From assembly GCA_015231405.1 (NCBI GenBank), contig JADGBR010000004.1:64189-128188 (forward strand): DNA of 64,000 nt, read 5' to 3'. Under the pieces are notes generated by a model that was not told the DNA's origin, searched no databases, and was given only the letters and a program-made list of their open reading frames with translations. Positions 61,631 to 64,000 of this stretch are shown here, one piece after another (the stretch's first letter is position 1; each line of letters begins with the position of its first letter). Both the position numbers and the translations under genes were made by a program. The DNA is from Candidatus Omnitrophota bacterium (GTDB lineage Bacteria > Omnitrophota > Gorgyraeia > Tantalellales > Tantalellaceae).

Positions 61631-62266
61631 ATGTTCTCGAAGATGCTGAAAGTGTCACTGTTCGTTGTTCTTTGCTCGGTCCTTTGCGCGGGAGTTGTTC
61701 TAGCCAAGGAAGAAGCTGCCTCAAAGTCCGCTACCACGCTGGACAACCTTATGGCCGCGTTCAACGGTGAAAGCAACGCCAACGCCAAATACCTGGCATT
61801 CGCGAAAAAGGCCGACGAAGAAGGTTACGGCGCGGTAGCCAGCCTTTTCAGGGCCGCCGCTCAGGCGGAAGAGATCCATTTTAAAAGGCACGCTAAGGTG
61901 ATCGAATCCCTCGGCGGCAAGGCTAAAGCCGAAATCGTCCAGGCATCGGTCAAAACAACCGCCGAAAATCTGCAGAACGCGATCGACGGAGAAACCTACG
62001 AAAGCAAGGTCATGTATCCGGGCTTTCTGGCCAAAGCGAAAAAAGACAAGATAGCGGACGCCATCGACGCTTTTGAGGACGCCATGTCCGCCGAAAAGGT
62101 GCACGCGGATCTCTACAAGAACGCCCTCAAGAATCTCGCAAAAATGAAAGGAGCGGCTAAGGAATATTTCCTTTGCCCGAAATGCGGCAATATTGAGAAA
62201 GCCATACCCGGTCCCTCATGCCCGATATGTATGTTCGATACGAAGAAATTCATATCCGTTAAATAA
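61631..62266 (+). CDS. rbr: Rubrerythrin with N-terminal signal peptide
   Basis: NLMAAFNGES...KY..FA, EEIH, GETYE..MYP, EKVH, CPKCG/CPIC rubredoxin site; AGGAGG RBS before ATG 61631. Confidence 0.88.
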   Translation: MFSKMLKVSLFVVLCSVLCAGVVLAKEEAASKSATTLDNLMAAFNGESNANAKYLAFAKKADEEGYGAVASLFRAAAQAEEIHFKRHAKVIESLGGKAKAEIVQASVKTTAENLQNAIDGETYESKVMYPGFLAKAKKDKIADAIDAFEDAMSAEKVHADLYKNALKNLAKMKGAAKEYFLCPKCGNIEKAIPGPSCPICMFDTKKFISVK

Positions 62267-62287
62267 TACCCCGAAATTCAATACGCC

Positions 62288-62323
62288 AATAAAAAGGCCG
62301 GGATAACTCCCGGCCTTTTTATT
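62288..62323. terminator. Bidirectional rho-independent terminator
   Basis: aataaaaaggccggga-taac-tcccggcctttttatt between convergent genes. Confidence 0.9.
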
Positions 62324-62334
62324 TTAGAGGAACG

Positions 62335-62565
62335 TCACTTTTTTCTGAAATTGAACATATTAGCTTTTACCCATCCCCAATTAAGGTAGATATGCGTAAA
62401 TATCAGGAGGATGAGTATGATCCCGTTATTTGTGTGCACCGCGAATACCATTTTCGGCTTCGGGACGGGGATATGAAATAACATTATCGTGACGGTCGTG
62501 ACCTGGGTCAGCAAAGATAAGGCAAGGACCCTGTTAACAGGTCTCAGTAAAGCGATTTTATTCAT
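62335..62565 (-). CDS. Small membrane protein, DUF4405-like (two-His, cytochrome b-like)
   Basis: Two TM helices, VHTNNG and THIYLNWGW; AGGAGGAG RBS before ATG 62565. Confidence 0.6.
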   Translation of the reverse strand: MNKIALLRPVNRVLALSLLTQVTTVTIMLFHIPVPKPKMVFAVHTNNGIILILLIFTHIYLNWGWVKANMFNFRKK

Positions 62566-62590
62566 GAACTCCTCCTTTTGTGTCACGATT

Positions 62591-63148
62591 TTAGTAACTC
62601 TTCTCTTTGTACCTGGAATATCCCTGGGGGAGCTCAAATAAAGCGGTATCCTCGGGCCATGTAACCGCGTTCCTGTATTCTACAGTCCACCCGCCGTCTT
62701 CGGCCCTCACGCGGAAGGGAAGGGATGACACGGGATCGAGCCACAATTCAAGGGCCCGGCTCATCCCGTTATCGTCATAGACCACCCGATACCTCGCCAC
62801 TTTCCGGCCGTTCACGGTATCGTTCCCCAGAAATTCACGCTCGATCTCTCCCGGCATCGTTTCCGACGTTCCAGCTATCATCCTGGCGTCCACAGGGCGT
62901 TCAAGATACATCCTTCGCCCAGGCATTAACGCCCAGGTAACACCCTTGTCCCCCCGGACTATATTCACGTCCGCCCCGCTTTCCATCCTGACTTTATTAC
63001 CGGATACGTATACTTTCCCGTCGAAAGAGACCCCGCGGGAAGATGTCACCGTTTCCGACGAAAACTCCAAAGCGGAAGCGTCGCCCGCCCCGGAATGGAA
63101 CAAAACCACCCATAGGAACAACCTGTATCTTTTCAGCTGTAAACCCAT
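62591..63148 (-). CDS. Secreted LolA-like / DUF4412-type protein
   Basis: Signal peptide; GKVYVSGNKVRME, IVRGDKGVTW.LMP, LG.DTVNG, LFELP.GY. Confidence 0.65.
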   Translation of the reverse strand: MGLQLKRYRLFLWVVLFHSGAGDASALEFSSETVTSSRGVSFDGKVYVSGNKVRMESGADVNIVRGDKGVTWALMPGRRMYLERPVDARMIAGTSETMPGEIEREFLGNDTVNGRKVARYRVVYDDNGMSRALELWLDPVSSLPFRVRAEDGGWTVEYRNAVTWPEDTALFELPQGYSRYKEKSY

Positions 63149-63255
63149 ACTTACCCCTCGATATCGTATGTATCTCTATATTCCCTTCATGTTTTTCGAT
63201 AAACATTTCCTTTAACTTACGCCCCATTTAATATGGTCAGCCTTCCCCTGATTTA

Positions 63256-63999
63256 TTATCCCTTAGGCAATGTGAAAACAACCTCCGCCCCGTTCCTCAT
63301 ACCCTCAGTGACCCAGATCTTCCCGTTATGGGCTTCGACGATCCCTTTAGCTATCGCGAGGCCCAGGCCTATCCCTTTTTTCCCGGCCTTGATCATTTCT
63401 TTTGTTCTCTCGAATTTCACGAACACCCTCTCAAGCGAGTCTTTAGGTATCCCCGGCCCGGTATCTTTAACACGGAATTCGATCGAGGCGACATTCTCGA
63501 TAAGAGAGACCTCCACGGAGCCCCTCTCGGTATATTTCAAAGAATTGCCTATCAGGTTCATAAGCACATGGCTCAGTTTTTCGCCGTCAACCTGGGCGTA
63601 GACGTCTTTTCCGGGAAGCGCGCGGTCAAGCTCCAGCCCCTTCGCCTTGAAGGGAAGAAAAAATCCGTCGCACATCTCATTGATCATTTCCGTGATATTT
63701 ATCTTCTCCTTGCGGAGGCTTATCTTCCCCAGTTCCGTGGCCGCGGATTCACGCAAGTTGTCGACCATTTCCGTGAGCCGGCGCATATTACGCCTCGCCA
63801 TGGTCAGAAAGTTCCGCTGTTCTTTGTTGATATCCCCGGCCATACCATCAAGGATAAAGGCGATGGCTTCGCTCGTTACCGATATGGGGGTTTTCATATC
63901 ATGGATCACCATGCTGAGGATCTCCTGCTTCATCCGGAGCGTCTCGGCGCGCAGAAGCCCGTATCGGATGACACGCTCAAGCACCCCCTTATCCATATT
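63256..63999 (-). CDS. Sensor histidine kinase (partial; N-terminus lies beyond the right edge)
   Basis: HDMKTP H-box, NLIGNSLKYT, VKDTGPGI, GLGLAI. The frame is open to the window edge and LERVIRY resembles the end of a receiver domain. Confidence 0.88.
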   Translation of the reverse strand, partial: NMDKGVLERVIRYGLLRAETLRMKQEILSMVIHDMKTPISVTSEAIAFILDGMAGDINKEQRNFLTMARRNMRRLTEMVDNLRESAATELGKISLRKEKINITEMINEMCDGFFLPFKAKGLELDRALPGKDVYAQVDGEKLSHVLMNLIGNSLKYTERGSVEVSLIENVASIEFRVKDTGPGIPKDSLERVFVKFERTKEMIKAGKKGIGLGLAIAKGIVEAHNGKIWVTEGMRNGAEVVFTLPKG

Positions 64000-64000
64000 T

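Overview
Bacterial genomic window. The lineage cannot be fixed from sequence alone; the gene mix resembles Ca. Omnitrophota or other anaerobic PVC-type metagenome contigs, which is a guess. About 1-52 kb is one large surface-glycan biosynthesis and modification island. It encodes a Neisseria-type sialic acid core (neuB-neuC-neuA) split by a SPASM/twitch radical SAM gene and followed by a DegT aminotransferase and an ABC flippase. It also carries three B12-dependent radical SAM enzymes, a fifth radical SAM enzyme, six class I methyltransferases plus one pseudogene, HisF/HisH paralogues, gmd/fcl, a HAL2-type PAP phosphatase, a sulfotransferase-like protein, several GT2/GT4 enzymes and four GT-C-like membrane proteins. 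Small selfish or toxin-antitoxin cassettes are interspersed: an AAA-DUF4143 gene, an MNT-HEPN pair, and an orphan RHH antitoxin with a truncated PIN toxin. The 52-64 kb part holds a LOG protein, a sulfatase-like protein, a response regulator, a DUF5674/small protein/membrane-anchored SF2 helicase trio, an ABC-2 exporter, a signal-peptide-bearing rubrerythrin and a partial histidine kinase. Three non-coding repeat families stand out: an RPE-like palindromic family including two TIR-bounded MITE-like copies, 7-bp-unit hairpin arrays, and a 30-bp palindrome inserted in frame as two triple arrays in opposite orientations inside one gene. No rRNA, tRNA, CRISPR array or intact transposase was seen. 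All family calls come from motifs recognised by eye; no database search was run.
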